Origin: a bacterium
Lineage (GTDB): Bacteria; RBG-13-61-14; DATKZS01
NCBI GenBank assembly: GCA_963674965.2
Contig: CAXXFL010000005.1
Coordinates: 736,001 to 800,000, forward strand
Length of the DNA stretch: 64,000 bases
Reading direction: 5' to 3'
Part shown: positions 18,271 to 28,086 of the stretch, piece after piece
Layout: each line of letters starts with the position of its first letter
How positions within the stretch are numbered: position 1 is the stretch's first letter
Program-made: the position numbers and the translations under genes
Notes under the pieces: model-generated
What the model was told of the DNA's origin: nothing
Database searches by the model: none
What the model saw: only the letters and a program-made list of their open reading frames with translations

Positions 18271-20331
18271 CTACCTGATGTAACCCAGCGCCTTTAATTC
18301 CCTTATCTTCTCGGGCGTTAGCTCTTTATCCGGCTTGGCGGGGGCCCTTTTGGGAACGGTTTTTATAAACTCGGTCGTGAGTAATCGGCCCCGTTTTCTT
18401 TCCTCTGGGTCCAGATAGATAAGGTTACTCACCTCGGCCGGGTCTTCGGCCACGTTGAAAAGCTCTTCTTCCTGGGTACCGAAGGTGACCACGAACTTGA
18501 ACTTGCCGAAGTAGGTCGCGAGCCGGCCCTTTTTGTCGTCCCGAAAAGCCATGGCCGCGGCGGCCCAAGGATAGGACGGCTCGGTCACGCGGCTCCCGGC
18601 GGCGTGCATTATCATGTAAAAAATCTTCGCGTTGTCCATCGTTTCGTTATTGTGGCCCGCGCCTAACGAGCCGGGACGCTTGACCATGAGCGGGATATTG
18701 ACAAGCTCGGGAAAGACCTCGGGAGGATGCATGAGACCGCCGCGCTCCCCGAGCAGCTCGCCATGGTCGGAAAGCACGATAATCATGGCGTCATCGAAAA
18801 GGCCCCGCTCATCGAGAGCGGCAAAGAGTCGGCCAAGCTCTCCGTCAAGATATCTTATCTCGGCGTCGTATGAAGACGCTAGATGGGCGCGCTCGATCTC
18901 GCTCAGTTCGCGGCCCTCCTCTTTGCATTTGCGGGCAAAGTCGGCCGGATCCAGGGAGGCCAATTCCGGTACCCGACCTGGAAAAAGGGAAGCCGTCTCA
19001 CCGGGCGGATAATAAGGCTGGTGCGCGTCCATGTAGTTAAGGAATAAAAAGAAAGGCCGGTCCTTATCCAGCGAGTCCAGCCAGGTGAGGGCCTTTTTAT
19101 TGACCTGGCCGGCGCGCATGTAGGTGGTCTTGAAAATAAATAAAAAATCCGCCGACTCTCGAGGCTGGAGCTTTTCCACCACGAAGTTGGAAAGATGGAA
19201 ATGAGCGTCCGATCCCAAAAAGAACGGGTTGTGCTGGTCGTTGAAATACTCGAACCCCTGGTCCATATTATGGTTCCTGCCCGCCAAAAGATAATTGGCC
19301 GACACCGCGCCGCTCCGGTAACCCAGTCCGCCCAGCCTCTCGGCCAGGGTATCGAAGTCCATGGCCAAGGACGGCCAGCCCGGTCCGCCGCCGGGCACGT
19401 TATAAGAGCCGTGAGAAATGGGATACAGGCCGGTGAACATGGAGGCGTGTGAGGGGAGGGTCCATGAAGCCACCGACTCGGCGCGCTCGAATACCTCAGA
19501 TTTTTTCGCGAAGTCCGAAAGGTTGGGGGAGGTATCGAGACTATAACCGAAAGTCGAGAGGTGGTCTCTTCGTACCGTGTCCAGCACGATGAGGATGATA
19601 TTGGGCCGGCCTTTACCCGCCGGTTCGCTTGCCTTGGCCGTAACGGAAGGCGAGGAATCGTAATAAAGCGCCCGACCGCCGCCGAGGTGTATGGCCGCGA
19701 TCAGAGCGATCAGGATAAAAACGGCCAGGGCGTCCGCTTTGAAGGAGGGCCGAAGCCTCGAGCGCGACAGCGAAAGCGCGCCGAGGGATAATGAAAGCTG
19801 GAGCGCCTGGGCGGCGAAATGGAAAGGCTCGGGATACACGAACCGCTCGGGGCACATGATGGCCCAGCAGGGAACGACGATAAAGAGCGCGGCAAAGACG
19901 GCCGCGGGGGTCTTGCCCGCGAACCATTCTCCCCTCACGGCCAGCCAGGATACCAAATATACGATAAAGCAGCCGATCGTAAGAATGGGCACAAGCTGAA
20001 AGCTCAACATGCCCAGCAAGGAAAAAAACATCGCCACCAGGCAGGATAGGGCCGCGCCAATAAGCAGGAAAAGCTGGACCGCGAACTTGTCGCCTTTTTT
20101 CATCGCCGCGGCTTTGATAAGTAAATGCCCGAACAGCCCGGTCAGGAAAAGGGTCATGACGTAAGGCGCGATCGAAATCAGTTGAAGCCGGCGCTCCTCC
20201 TTCCAGAGTACGGCCGTCTGGTCGATAAGGAAAAGAAAAAGACCCGGCACGAGCATAAAAAAAGCCGCCCGCCCCAGCTCGAGCGCCCCGGCCCTGGCGG
20301 GCGCGTCATCTTGATGATCTTTCCATGACAT
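18271..20331 (-). CDS. Membrane-anchored sulfatase-like (AlkP superfamily) hydrolase/transferase
   Basis: About 7 N-terminal TM segments; PNIILIVLDTVRRDH, SWTLPSHASMFTG, YMDAHQPY, SDHGE, LKALGY. Confidence 0.85.
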   Translation of the reverse strand: MSWKDHQDDAPARAGALELGRAAFFMLVPGLFLFLIDQTAVLWKEERRLQLISIAPYVMTLFLTGLFGHLLIKAAAMKKGDKFAVQLFLLIGAALSCLVAMFFSLLGMLSFQLVPILTIGCFIVYLVSWLAVRGEWFAGKTPAAVFAALFIVVPCWAIMCPERFVYPEPFHFAAQALQLSLSLGALSLSRSRLRPSFKADALAVFILIALIAAIHLGGGRALYYDSSPSVTAKASEPAGKGRPNIILIVLDTVRRDHLSTFGYSLDTSPNLSDFAKKSEVFERAESVASWTLPSHASMFTGLYPISHGSYNVPGGGPGWPSLAMDFDTLAERLGGLGYRSGAVSANYLLAGRNHNMDQGFEYFNDQHNPFFLGSDAHFHLSNFVVEKLQPRESADFLFIFKTTYMRAGQVNKKALTWLDSLDKDRPFFLFLNYMDAHQPYYPPGETASLFPGRVPELASLDPADFARKCKEEGRELSEIERAHLASSYDAEIRYLDGELGRLFAALDERGLFDDAMIIVLSDHGELLGERGGLMHPPEVFPELVNIPLMVKRPGSLGAGHNNETMDNAKIFYMIMHAAGSRVTEPSYPWAAAAMAFRDDKKGRLATYFGKFKFVVTFGTQEEELFNVAEDPAEVSNLIYLDPEERKRGRLLTTEFIKTVPKRAPAKPDKELTPEKIRELKALGYIR

Positions 20332-20432
20332 CGTGGCTCACAGGTATCATAAGGCGAAAATCTTGTCAAAGCATTAAGTAACGCCGATATAGATAAGCCG
20401 AGTCCGTTTACGAGCCGGCGTCGAGTCCGCGT

Positions 20433-21245
20433 CTATTTCTGGGCCGAGGCCATTCGGGCCAGGGCGGCTATGGGCCCGCCGGCCAGCTCGTGGCGGAACT
20501 CCTCGCCGAACTCGAAGCCCGCCTTTTTGCCGACCTCGGCGTCGTGGGACTTGACGTATATCTCGAGAAGCGGCTCGTAGTTTTCCCGGTCCAGTTGAGC
20601 GACCATCTCCTCGTCCGCGCCCGCCGCCAAAAGGGAGAGCCTTAAATCGTCCACGGTGAGCTTCATCTGGGAATCGTGCGCGCAAAGGGCCTCGATCTTT
20701 TTGCCGACGTATTTCGTGGTGTCGACTATTTTGTTGGCGTGGACCGGGTGCTTGGCGAAAAAATACTGCTCGCTCACGAGGTGGGGTTTGAGCCCTTCCT
20801 TTTCATGCTCGGGATGGAAAAGGGGAAAGTGGGAGAAGCCGATCGCCTCGACCGCCGCCATGGCGACCTGACGGTGGTCCTGATGTGACTCGAAGGGCGC
20901 CCAGGGGTCGAAGGTCATGACCGTCTTGGGCCTGTACGTCCTGATCAGCCGGATGAACTTCTCCCGCAACTCGTTCAAGGACACGTCGGCCAGGAAACCG
21001 TCGGGATAATCGAGGAAAACCACGTCCTTCTTCCCGATAATGCGCGCCGCCGCCCGGGCCTCGTCCCTGCTCTGGGGTATGATTTGATCGGGAGTCAGCT
21101 CGAAGGTCCCGCGCTCGTTGTTGGTGGCGATCACCTCGACCACCTCGCGGCCCTCGGCCGCCATTCTGGCGACGGTCCCGCCCGCCAGAAACTCCGTGTC
21201 GTCGGCGTGAGCCACGAGGATCAATACTCCGTTTTTAAGTTCCAT
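20433..21245 (-). CDS. PIG-L family deacetylase
   Basis: VAHADD, LDYPDG, HQDH, KIEAL.AHDSQ. Start reassigned to ATG 21245. Confidence 0.88.
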   Translation of the reverse strand: MELKNGVLILVAHADDTEFLAGGTVARMAAEGREVVEVIATNNERGTFELTPDQIIPQSRDEARAAARIIGKKDVVFLDYPDGFLADVSLNELREKFIRLIRTYRPKTVMTFDPWAPFESHQDHRQVAMAAVEAIGFSHFPLFHPEHEKEGLKPHLVSEQYFFAKHPVHANKIVDTTKYVGKKIEALCAHDSQMKLTVDDLRLSLLAAGADEEMVAQLDRENYEPLLEIYVKSHDAEVGKKAGFEFGEEFRHELAGGPIAALARMASAQK

Positions 21246-21276
21246 GGTTTTCCCCCTTTTTCGAGAAGGTAAATGG

Positions 21277-22809
21277 TTAGGGCGCGCCGGCCCTGGGCCT
21301 GATGGTAAGAGAGCCGTCCGGTCCCATGGGCAGCTCGACGAAGCCGTCCCTTTTAGTATAAGCGAAGACGCGGGCGCCGGTGAAGTCGAAGTCGGGCCGA
21401 GGCGAGAAGAGGTACTCCTTTCCCGCTCTCCGAATGTCGTAAGCCTGGCGGTCCACGAAAACGGGCAGGTCCGGATTCTCGTAAAGCGCCTTGATCCCGA
21501 AGTAGGAGGGGTCTCCATGGGTCCGTATGTCGGTGAGAAGTATGACCTTGGCCCAGGGCTCGAGGGCGGGATACCTCTTCTTCATGCCAAGGTGTATCTG
21601 GCGCGTGGCCCTGGCCGCGTTCATGATGAAGTCGTCGCGCATGTCGGCGCGGTGATTGTAGCCTCCGGCGACGAACAGAATAACCACGTATCCGAGCGCC
21701 AGCGCCCTCGCGGACTTTTGACCGAGCCTTGAGAGAAGATTGTCCAGGCCCAGCCCAACCGACCAGTAAACACCGATGGACGCGAGATGAATGTAATACG
21801 GGTATGAGCGCTTGGTAATGGGCAAAAACATGGACATGCCCAGGCCGAACCAAACCAGGCCGAGAAATACCGGGCGCGGAAAAGACCTCTTCTTGACCGC
21901 GGCCACCACGAGAGCGATCAGGGAAACCAGCGCGGCCAGAGTGTAAACGTACCAGTGATTCTCCCTGCCCAGGGGCGGGGACCCCAGCGAGACGAACAGG
22001 TCCGTCATGTACTCGTCGAAATGGCGAAACACGTGGGATCCCATAAGGCTCATCTCGTAGTCTCCGCCCCCGGGAGGAGGCATTAAGGAGAAGCGAAGGA
22101 CAAGGTATATAATCATGATCGCGTCAAAGGACGCGTGTCTCCAAAGCCTTTGCCGGATGATTTGGGAAACGCGCTTTCCGCCGGACATGCCCTTGGCCAG
22201 ATCGTAAATCCAAAGCCAGACGGGTATCCATATGGCCGACTCCTTGGCCAGAAGCGACGCGCCGTAAAGGAGGGAAGCCGCGGCCAATAGCCAGCCCCCG
22301 GAGCGCCCGCCGCTCTCCTCCTTTCGGTCATGACCAAGAAAAAGGATAACCGAGCCCAGGGCGAGAAGCGCGAGTCCCACTTCCTGAATGCCGGAGATAA
22401 AGGCGATGGGCAAAAAGTTGATGGGCGCCAGGGCGTAAATAAGGCCCGCCCAGGCGGCGGCCCGCTCGTTTCCCGTGATCGCGCGGGAAATTTTCATGAC
22501 CAGAAAAATACATCCCAGGTAGATGGCCATGTTGGCAAGATGGAAGGGGAGAGCGTTCAGGCCGAAGACCTCGTGCATGATCTTGAAGTAAACGTATTGA
22601 GTAAGGGGCCTGTAAAAGAGCCTTCCCTCCGCGGTGGGGTCGAAGGCCCAGCCGATGCCCCTGGTCATGGTCTTCTCGATGCACCACAGGTCGTCGGCCA
22701 CGAAGTAGACGAAGCAGACCGAGACGGTCAGCCCCAGCCAGGCCGCGATAGCGGCGGCCGCAAGGACCTTCGCGTCGGGCCGGGTCCGGCCGGCGTCGCC
22801 CGTTATCAT
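21277..22809 (-). CDS. Polytopic GT-C-like glycosyltransferase, paralog 2
   Basis: ADD, FYRPL, FH..N, LLAKESA, many TM segments. Confidence 0.7.
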   Translation of the reverse strand: MITGDAGRTRPDAKVLAAAAIAAWLGLTVSVCFVYFVADDLWCIEKTMTRGIGWAFDPTAEGRLFYRPLTQYVYFKIMHEVFGLNALPFHLANMAIYLGCIFLVMKISRAITGNERAAAWAGLIYALAPINFLPIAFISGIQEVGLALLALGSVILFLGHDRKEESGGRSGGWLLAAASLLYGASLLAKESAIWIPVWLWIYDLAKGMSGGKRVSQIIRQRLWRHASFDAIMIIYLVLRFSLMPPPGGGDYEMSLMGSHVFRHFDEYMTDLFVSLGSPPLGRENHWYVYTLAALVSLIALVVAAVKKRSFPRPVFLGLVWFGLGMSMFLPITKRSYPYYIHLASIGVYWSVGLGLDNLLSRLGQKSARALALGYVVILFVAGGYNHRADMRDDFIMNAARATRQIHLGMKKRYPALEPWAKVILLTDIRTHGDPSYFGIKALYENPDLPVFVDRQAYDIRRAGKEYLFSPRPDFDFTGARVFAYTKRDGFVELPMGPDGSLTIRPRAGAP

Positions 22810-24374
22810 TTCTCGTTCCCGCCGCTTTTATCGCCGTCGCGAAACACGGGGAAAAACATTGTGCCGTCGGGGCTGATCCGGCTTTCGGTCAGGCCGCCGT
22901 CCATGGCGTAGGAAAAGAACATGGCCCCCGTATAATTGAAGTCGTCCCTGACCAGGAACCGGATTTCGTTCTCCCGCTCCTCCACGATAAAAGCCTGCTC
23001 GTCGGAATAAACCCTGATCCTTGGGTCCCCGTACAAGGCCCTGACGCCGTAAAGGGCCGGATTCTTTCCCAGCCGAAGGTCGCTGGACATGATGATCCTC
23101 GAGCCAGGCTTAATGGACGGCCTCAGCTTCCGCATCTCCTGGTGCATGATCCGCGCGTGACGCGCCGCGGCCGCTATGTATTCGTTTTCCCGCTGCTCCC
23201 GGTCCCGGTATATTCCCTGGCCCAATATCAGCGCCGCGTACGCGACAAGGGCGAACAAGGCTGGAGTCTTGGCCAGCCGGGCCCTCGCCGCGGCCGCGAG
23301 GTATCCGGCGGTCCAGAAAAACCCCATGGAAGCGAAGGAGACGTAGTAAGGATATGACCGGCCTTTCAGAGGCAGAAAGACCAGAACGCCGAGCCCGAAC
23401 CAGGCAAGTCCCAAAAGGGCCTCCTGGGGAAAGGACCGGCGCTTGTAATAAAGCCAGGAGGAAAGTCCGGCAAGGCCAATGATAAATGCAAGGGCGTGAA
23501 TAAAGTCGTGGGCGCCGCGAGCCGTGCCGGGAACGCCAACCGCCATGAAGACGTCGTGGACGTAGTTGTCCAGGTTATGGACCGGATGGAGGCCGAAGAC
23601 GGACGCCGCGTAATCCTCGTTTGAGGGAGCGGGCAGCCAGATGATTCGGTAGGCGACGTAAAGCGCCAGGACGGCGTCGTAGGCAAGGTGCGTTTTCCAG
23701 ACCGACTTGATGGCGTCCAATAGCCCGGTCCCGTCCCGGCTCCTCGATTTCAAGTGATATATCCAGAGCCATGCGGGAAGCCAAAGGGCCGACTCCTTGG
23801 CCAAAAGAGATAATCCGAAAAAAAGGGGACCCAGGGCCGCCGCGATCCACCGTCTAGGGGCGCTCCCGTCCTCGCTTTTGATCCTCGCCAGAAAGCAAAG
23901 CGCGGCGGCGCAGGCGAGGGTCGTCATCATCACGTCCTGCACGCAGGAGACCCAGTAATAAATCCTGAAATTGAAGGGAGCGGCGACGAAGAACAAAAGG
24001 GCCCAGAGTGAGGCCTCGCGTCCGCGGGTTAATCTTTTCCCGATATGGTAGAAAAGGACCAGATTGAGTCCCGTCAAAAGAGCGTTGATCCCGTGAAAGC
24101 CCGGCGGGAAAAATCCGAAGAGCCTATAGGCGATCCTGAAATAAAGGTCGCGGCTGAGAGGCCTGAAAAATTCGTCGATCGGCCTGAACGGATTCAGCGC
24201 GTCGCCGAGCCTCACGTCCATAATCCGCTCGAGGAAAATGAAGTCGTCCGTGGCGAAGTACGTTCCCGCCGAGAAATAAACGATCATGGCAAAGAAGAGG
24301 GCAATGGCCGCCAAAAGAACGGCCAGGCCGGCCCTTGATTCCGTCGCCCCTTGAATTTCTTTCGCTTCTTCCAT
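22806..24374 (-). CDS. Polytopic GT-C-like glycosyltransferase, paralog 1 (alternative start 24422)
   Basis: TDDF, FFRPL, FH..N, LLAKESA; ATGA overlap with the next gene. Confidence 0.7.
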   Translation of the reverse strand: MEEAKEIQGATESRAGLAVLLAAIALFFAMIVYFSAGTYFATDDFIFLERIMDVRLGDALNPFRPIDEFFRPLSRDLYFRIAYRLFGFFPPGFHGINALLTGLNLVLFYHIGKRLTRGREASLWALLFFVAAPFNFRIYYWVSCVQDVMMTTLACAAALCFLARIKSEDGSAPRRWIAAALGPLFFGLSLLAKESALWLPAWLWIYHLKSRSRDGTGLLDAIKSVWKTHLAYDAVLALYVAYRIIWLPAPSNEDYAASVFGLHPVHNLDNYVHDVFMAVGVPGTARGAHDFIHALAFIIGLAGLSSWLYYKRRSFPQEALLGLAWFGLGVLVFLPLKGRSYPYYVSFASMGFFWTAGYLAAAARARLAKTPALFALVAYAALILGQGIYRDREQRENEYIAAAARHARIMHQEMRKLRPSIKPGSRIIMSSDLRLGKNPALYGVRALYGDPRIRVYSDEQAFIVEERENEIRFLVRDDFNYTGAMFFSYAMDGGLTESRISPDGTMFFPVFRDGDKSGGNEK

Positions 24375-24589
24375 AACCCGCTCTCGCCGGACGCGAACCC
24401 GCGCTCCGTCCGGACATGCCATAATATATCAACAAGCGCCGTCCGCATAAAGGAAGGGGAGCGTTTGGATTATGGCGGCGCTCGTGTCAGATTATACTTG
24501 GGGTTTACACGGGCGCCCGGGGCGTTGTAAACTTATGATTTAACGGGCGTAGAAAACCATCCAAGAAAAGAATTTTTCAGGAGGTATAA

Positions 24590-25459
24590 ATGGCTTTGTC
24601 AAGGGGCGCGCGCTGGGCGCTTGTTTTTCTAACGGGTCTTGTCTTTGCTACCACGCCCACGGTTTCGGACGAGACCAAGACCTATCGTCCCGAGGGCGCT
24701 CGGGGCGGAGTAATGGTGTCGGTGCCGGAGGGCGAGTACTACGTGGGTTGCAACCGCCGTCGTGACAGGCACTGCGACGCCGACGAAAACCCCTACCACA
24801 AGGTCAAGCTCGACGCCTATTATATAGACCAGTACGAGGTCACCATCGCCCAGTACCGGGAGTGCGTGGAGGAAAAGGTTTGCCGCGCTCCCAAGGAGTA
24901 CAGCGACTTTGACGCCGACGACCAGCCCGCGGTGGGGGTCTCATGGAACGACGCCACGACCTATTGCGAGTGGGCGGGCAAGCGTCTTCCCACCGAGGCG
25001 GAATGGGAGCAGGCGGCCCGTGGACCGGACGGGAACGTTTATCCCTGGGGAAACTATAACTGCGGCTGCGAGTGCGCGGTCCAGGAGGAAAGGCAACTTT
25101 ACGGGTGCGGCAAGGACTCGACCCTCCCGGTGGGGACCGCCAAAAAAGGACAAAGCCCTTACGGGACCTACGACCAGGCGGGAAACGTCTGGGAATGGGT
25201 GTACGACTGGTACGACCCCAAATACTTCGCGAACTCCGAGACGGAAAACCCGAAGGGACCAGAGACGGGAGAGAAGAAGGTCCGCAAGGGAGGAGGGTTC
25301 GCCAACGTGAAAAACTATCTTCGGACCTCGGACAGAAGCCCGGCGCCCCCGGAGATGCTGTCCAATTCCACCGGCTTCCGCTGCGCCAAGACGGCGCCAC
25401 CCGAGCCGGAGGAAAAGGCCGGGGAGATCGAGAAGCCAGAGGCCGGGGAAAACAAGTAG
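24590..25459 (+). CDS. FGE-sulfatase (SUMF1) domain secreted protein
   Basis: EVT.AQY, VSWNDA..YC.W.GKRLPTEAEWE.AARG, GNVWEW, GFRCA; signal peptide. Confidence 0.9.
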   Translation: MALSRGARWALVFLTGLVFATTPTVSDETKTYRPEGARGGVMVSVPEGEYYVGCNRRRDRHCDADENPYHKVKLDAYYIDQYEVTIAQYRECVEEKVCRAPKEYSDFDADDQPAVGVSWNDATTYCEWAGKRLPTEAEWEQAARGPDGNVYPWGNYNCGCECAVQEERQLYGCGKDSTLPVGTAKKGQSPYGTYDQAGNVWEWVYDWYDPKYFANSETENPKGPETGEKKVRKGGGFANVKNYLRTSDRSPAPPEMLSNSTGFRCAKTAPPEPEEKAGEIEKPEAGENK

Positions 25460-25497
25460 CGCGACATGAGCCGGCCGCGGGGCCGGGGGAGGAATAA

Positions 25498-26619
25498 ATG
25501 GAAGACGTCCTTCGACAATCGGCCGTTCTCCAAAACGAGCTCGTCAAGGGCTGGAAGGAGAAAGGCGGCAAAGTGGTGGGCTACACCTGCACGGCCACGC
25601 CCGTGGAGGTCCTCGAGGCCGCCGGCCTTCTGCCCTACCGGATAAGGGCCCTTGGGTCCTCCGAGACCGAGATGGCCGACGCCAGGCTCTCCCGGTTCAA
25701 CTGCAGCTTTTGCCGGTCATGTCTCCAACTCGGGTTGAACGGCTCCTACGACTTCCTCGACGGCATGATCGAGACCAACGGTTGCGACCACCTGCGGGGT
25801 ATGATCGAGAACTGGGAGCGGGCCAAGGGTTTCGGTTTTTTCCATTACCTCAAGGTCCCCCACGTGGTGGACGAGGACTCGATACCCTACTTCGTCGAGG
25901 AACTGCGCATTTACAAGAGGGCCGTCGAGGACCACTTCGACCAGGCCATCTCGGACGAGGCCTTATGGGACCGGATTCAAGCCCGGGACAGGATCGGCGG
26001 AAAGCTAAGGGCCATCTACGACCTGCGCGAGCGCGAGAAGCCGGGCATAACCGGGGCCGAGGCCCTGTCCGTTTTTTTGTGGGCCACGGCCGTTCCTTCC
26101 CAGGCCCTCGAGGATGCCCTTGACTCGATCATCGAGCAAAGGAAAGACCACCGGATCGAAAACTGCCGCGCCCGGCTTCTTCTCGGCGGGGCGGCCACGG
26201 ACGAGGTTGACTTCGTAAGGGAGATCGAGAGCCTGGGGGCCCTGGTGGTGACCGACGCCCTTTGCTACGGGGCCCGGGCCTTCATGCCAAGGATAGAATC
26301 CTCGCCCGGCGGCGACCCTTTTAAGGCCATGGCCGAGTCCTATTTCGAGAAGCTCCTTTGCCCCCGCATGTTCGACGACTTCGCCTCCCGCAGGGACTTC
26401 GTCTTCAAGGCGGTGAAGAGGGCAAAAGTCGACGGGGTGGTGCTCGTGCACAACAAGTTCTGCGACGTTCACGGAGTTGACAACGTGGCCCTCCGGATGG
26501 CCCTCGAGAAGGCGGGCGTGCCCGTGCTTCAGCTCGAGAAGGAATACGGGGCCAAGGCCGACCTGGGCAGGATGAGGACCAGGTTTCAGGCCTTCCTGGA
26601 AAGGATCGAGGGAGATTGA
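25498..26619 (+). CDS. 2-hydroxyacyl-CoA dehydratase / class I benzoyl-CoA reductase subunit (HgdB/BcrC-like)
   Basis: VGYTC..TP.E, CSFCRSC, NGCD, D.LCYG.R, CPR, KFCD.H, TR..AFLE. Confidence 0.85.
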   Translation: MEDVLRQSAVLQNELVKGWKEKGGKVVGYTCTATPVEVLEAAGLLPYRIRALGSSETEMADARLSRFNCSFCRSCLQLGLNGSYDFLDGMIETNGCDHLRGMIENWERAKGFGFFHYLKVPHVVDEDSIPYFVEELRIYKRAVEDHFDQAISDEALWDRIQARDRIGGKLRAIYDLREREKPGITGAEALSVFLWATAVPSQALEDALDSIIEQRKDHRIENCRARLLLGGAATDEVDFVREIESLGALVVTDALCYGARAFMPRIESSPGGDPFKAMAESYFEKLLCPRMFDDFASRRDFVFKAVKRAKVDGVVLVHNKFCDVHGVDNVALRMALEKAGVPVLQLEKEYGAKADLGRMRTRFQAFLERIEGD

Positions 26620-26621
26620 AT

Positions 26622-28052
26622 ATGGACGTGAAATCAAAAGGACTCGTCAATAGCCTGCTGCCTCGCCTGGCCGTGGCCCAGTACGTTCCCACTCCCATTC
26701 TGGCCAAGGCCGGTCCCTTGCTGGCGTCCCTCAAGATCGGGCCGCCCGCGATGCAGGCCGCGCTGTCCGGGCTCTTCAGCCCTCAAGCGGGAGAGGCCAC
26801 GGTCCCGTTTCTGAAAATGATATCGACCTGGGTCCTGAACGCCCGCAGGGCGGCCAAACAGGGCAAGAAGGTCTTCCTGGTGCCCTTCAACTTTCCCTGC
26901 GAGATTATCCACGCCTTCGAGGGGGCCGAGCCGCTTACCAGCGAGGTCCTTTCGACCTTCGGTGTGGTGGCCCTGCCCGAGCAGGGCGAGGAATACTGGG
27001 ACATGGCCATGGCCCTGGGACTTCCCGACCATATGTGCTCGGCCAACACCATCGAGCTTGGCTCGATGCTGGGCAGCGCGGACTTCAAACCCCAGGCCAT
27101 CATCTCGTCGGCCCCCGGCGGCTGCGACGTGAACTCGAAGATTCACGAGTTCGTGGCCCATTACCTGGACATACCGCACTTTTTCCTCCAGAAGCCCCCC
27201 GACGACGGCGGCCGGGGCCGGGCCCAGTACAACGTTTATATGCGCGGCCTCATCCGTCGCCTCGAGGACTTCATCGGGGAGAAGCTAAGTGAGGACCGGC
27301 TGAGGTCGGTTCTGACCAAGGCCAACAGGTGCACCGAGCTTTATTACGAGCTTTTCGACCTGCAAAAGGCCGTTCCCTGCCCGGTGCCGAATATTTTTTC
27401 GCTATTCCTTTACGGCGTAAGGTTCACCATGTGGGGGACGGACGAGGGAATCAAGGCGCTCGAGGCCATGGTCAAGGTCTCGCGGGAGCGCCTGGCCAGG
27501 AAGGCCTATCCGGCGGAGAAGGAGATAGCCCGCTGCGTCTGGGCCTACACCAGCTATTATTACGACCTTTACGGTCTTTTCGGGTGGATGGAGGAAAAGG
27601 GCTACTCCCATTTGGGGGACGGGCTCGACCTTTTCTTTCCCCGCATGGTTGATACGTCCAGTATGGACTCGATGATCGAGGGCCTGGCCGAGTCGGCCTG
27701 GAACATGCCCATGACCCGCCAGGTGGGCGCGGAGTCCATGTCCCGCTCCTGGACCGAGGACGTGATATGGGCGGCCCGGGAATTGAACGCCGACTGCGTG
27801 ATCTACTGCGGCCATCACTCGTGCAAGCAGACCTGGAGCGTGGTGTCCATTTTGCGCGAGGAGCTGATGGACAGGCTGGGCATGCCGATCCTGATATTGC
27901 AGGGAGACTCGTGGATCAAGCGCATGACGCCCATGAGCGTGCTCCAGGAGGAGATCGACGAGTTCGTCAAGAACGTGGTGGCCAAGAAGTCCACGCCCAA
28001 GCGCAGCCTTAAAAAACGCCGCCAAAAAAGGATGGAGGAGATGGACTCCTGA
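26622..28052 (+). CDS. 2-hydroxyacyl-CoA dehydratase / class I benzoyl-CoA reductase subunit (HgdA/BcrB-like)
   Basis: P.EI.HAF, HMCS, GCD..SK, HHSCKQ. Confidence 0.8.
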   Translation: MDVKSKGLVNSLLPRLAVAQYVPTPILAKAGPLLASLKIGPPAMQAALSGLFSPQAGEATVPFLKMISTWVLNARRAAKQGKKVFLVPFNFPCEIIHAFEGAEPLTSEVLSTFGVVALPEQGEEYWDMAMALGLPDHMCSANTIELGSMLGSADFKPQAIISSAPGGCDVNSKIHEFVAHYLDIPHFFLQKPPDDGGRGRAQYNVYMRGLIRRLEDFIGEKLSEDRLRSVLTKANRCTELYYELFDLQKAVPCPVPNIFSLFLYGVRFTMWGTDEGIKALEAMVKVSRERLARKAYPAEKEIARCVWAYTSYYYDLYGLFGWMEEKGYSHLGDGLDLFFPRMVDTSSMDSMIEGLAESAWNMPMTRQVGAESMSRSWTEDVIWAARELNADCVIYCGHHSCKQTWSVVSILREELMDRLGMPILILQGDSWIKRMTPMSVLQEEIDEFVKNVVAKKSTPKRSLKKRRQKRMEEMDS

Positions 28053-28086
28053 CGCGGCCGGAAGTAATCGAAAGGGAAAGTATCGC

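Noticed and set aside
18271-25459. Sulfatase plus formylglycine-generating maturase pair
   Set aside because: The sulfatase-like protein lacks the (C/S)xPxR motif, and the FGE-domain protein lacks the catalytic Cys pair after its KGGG segment.
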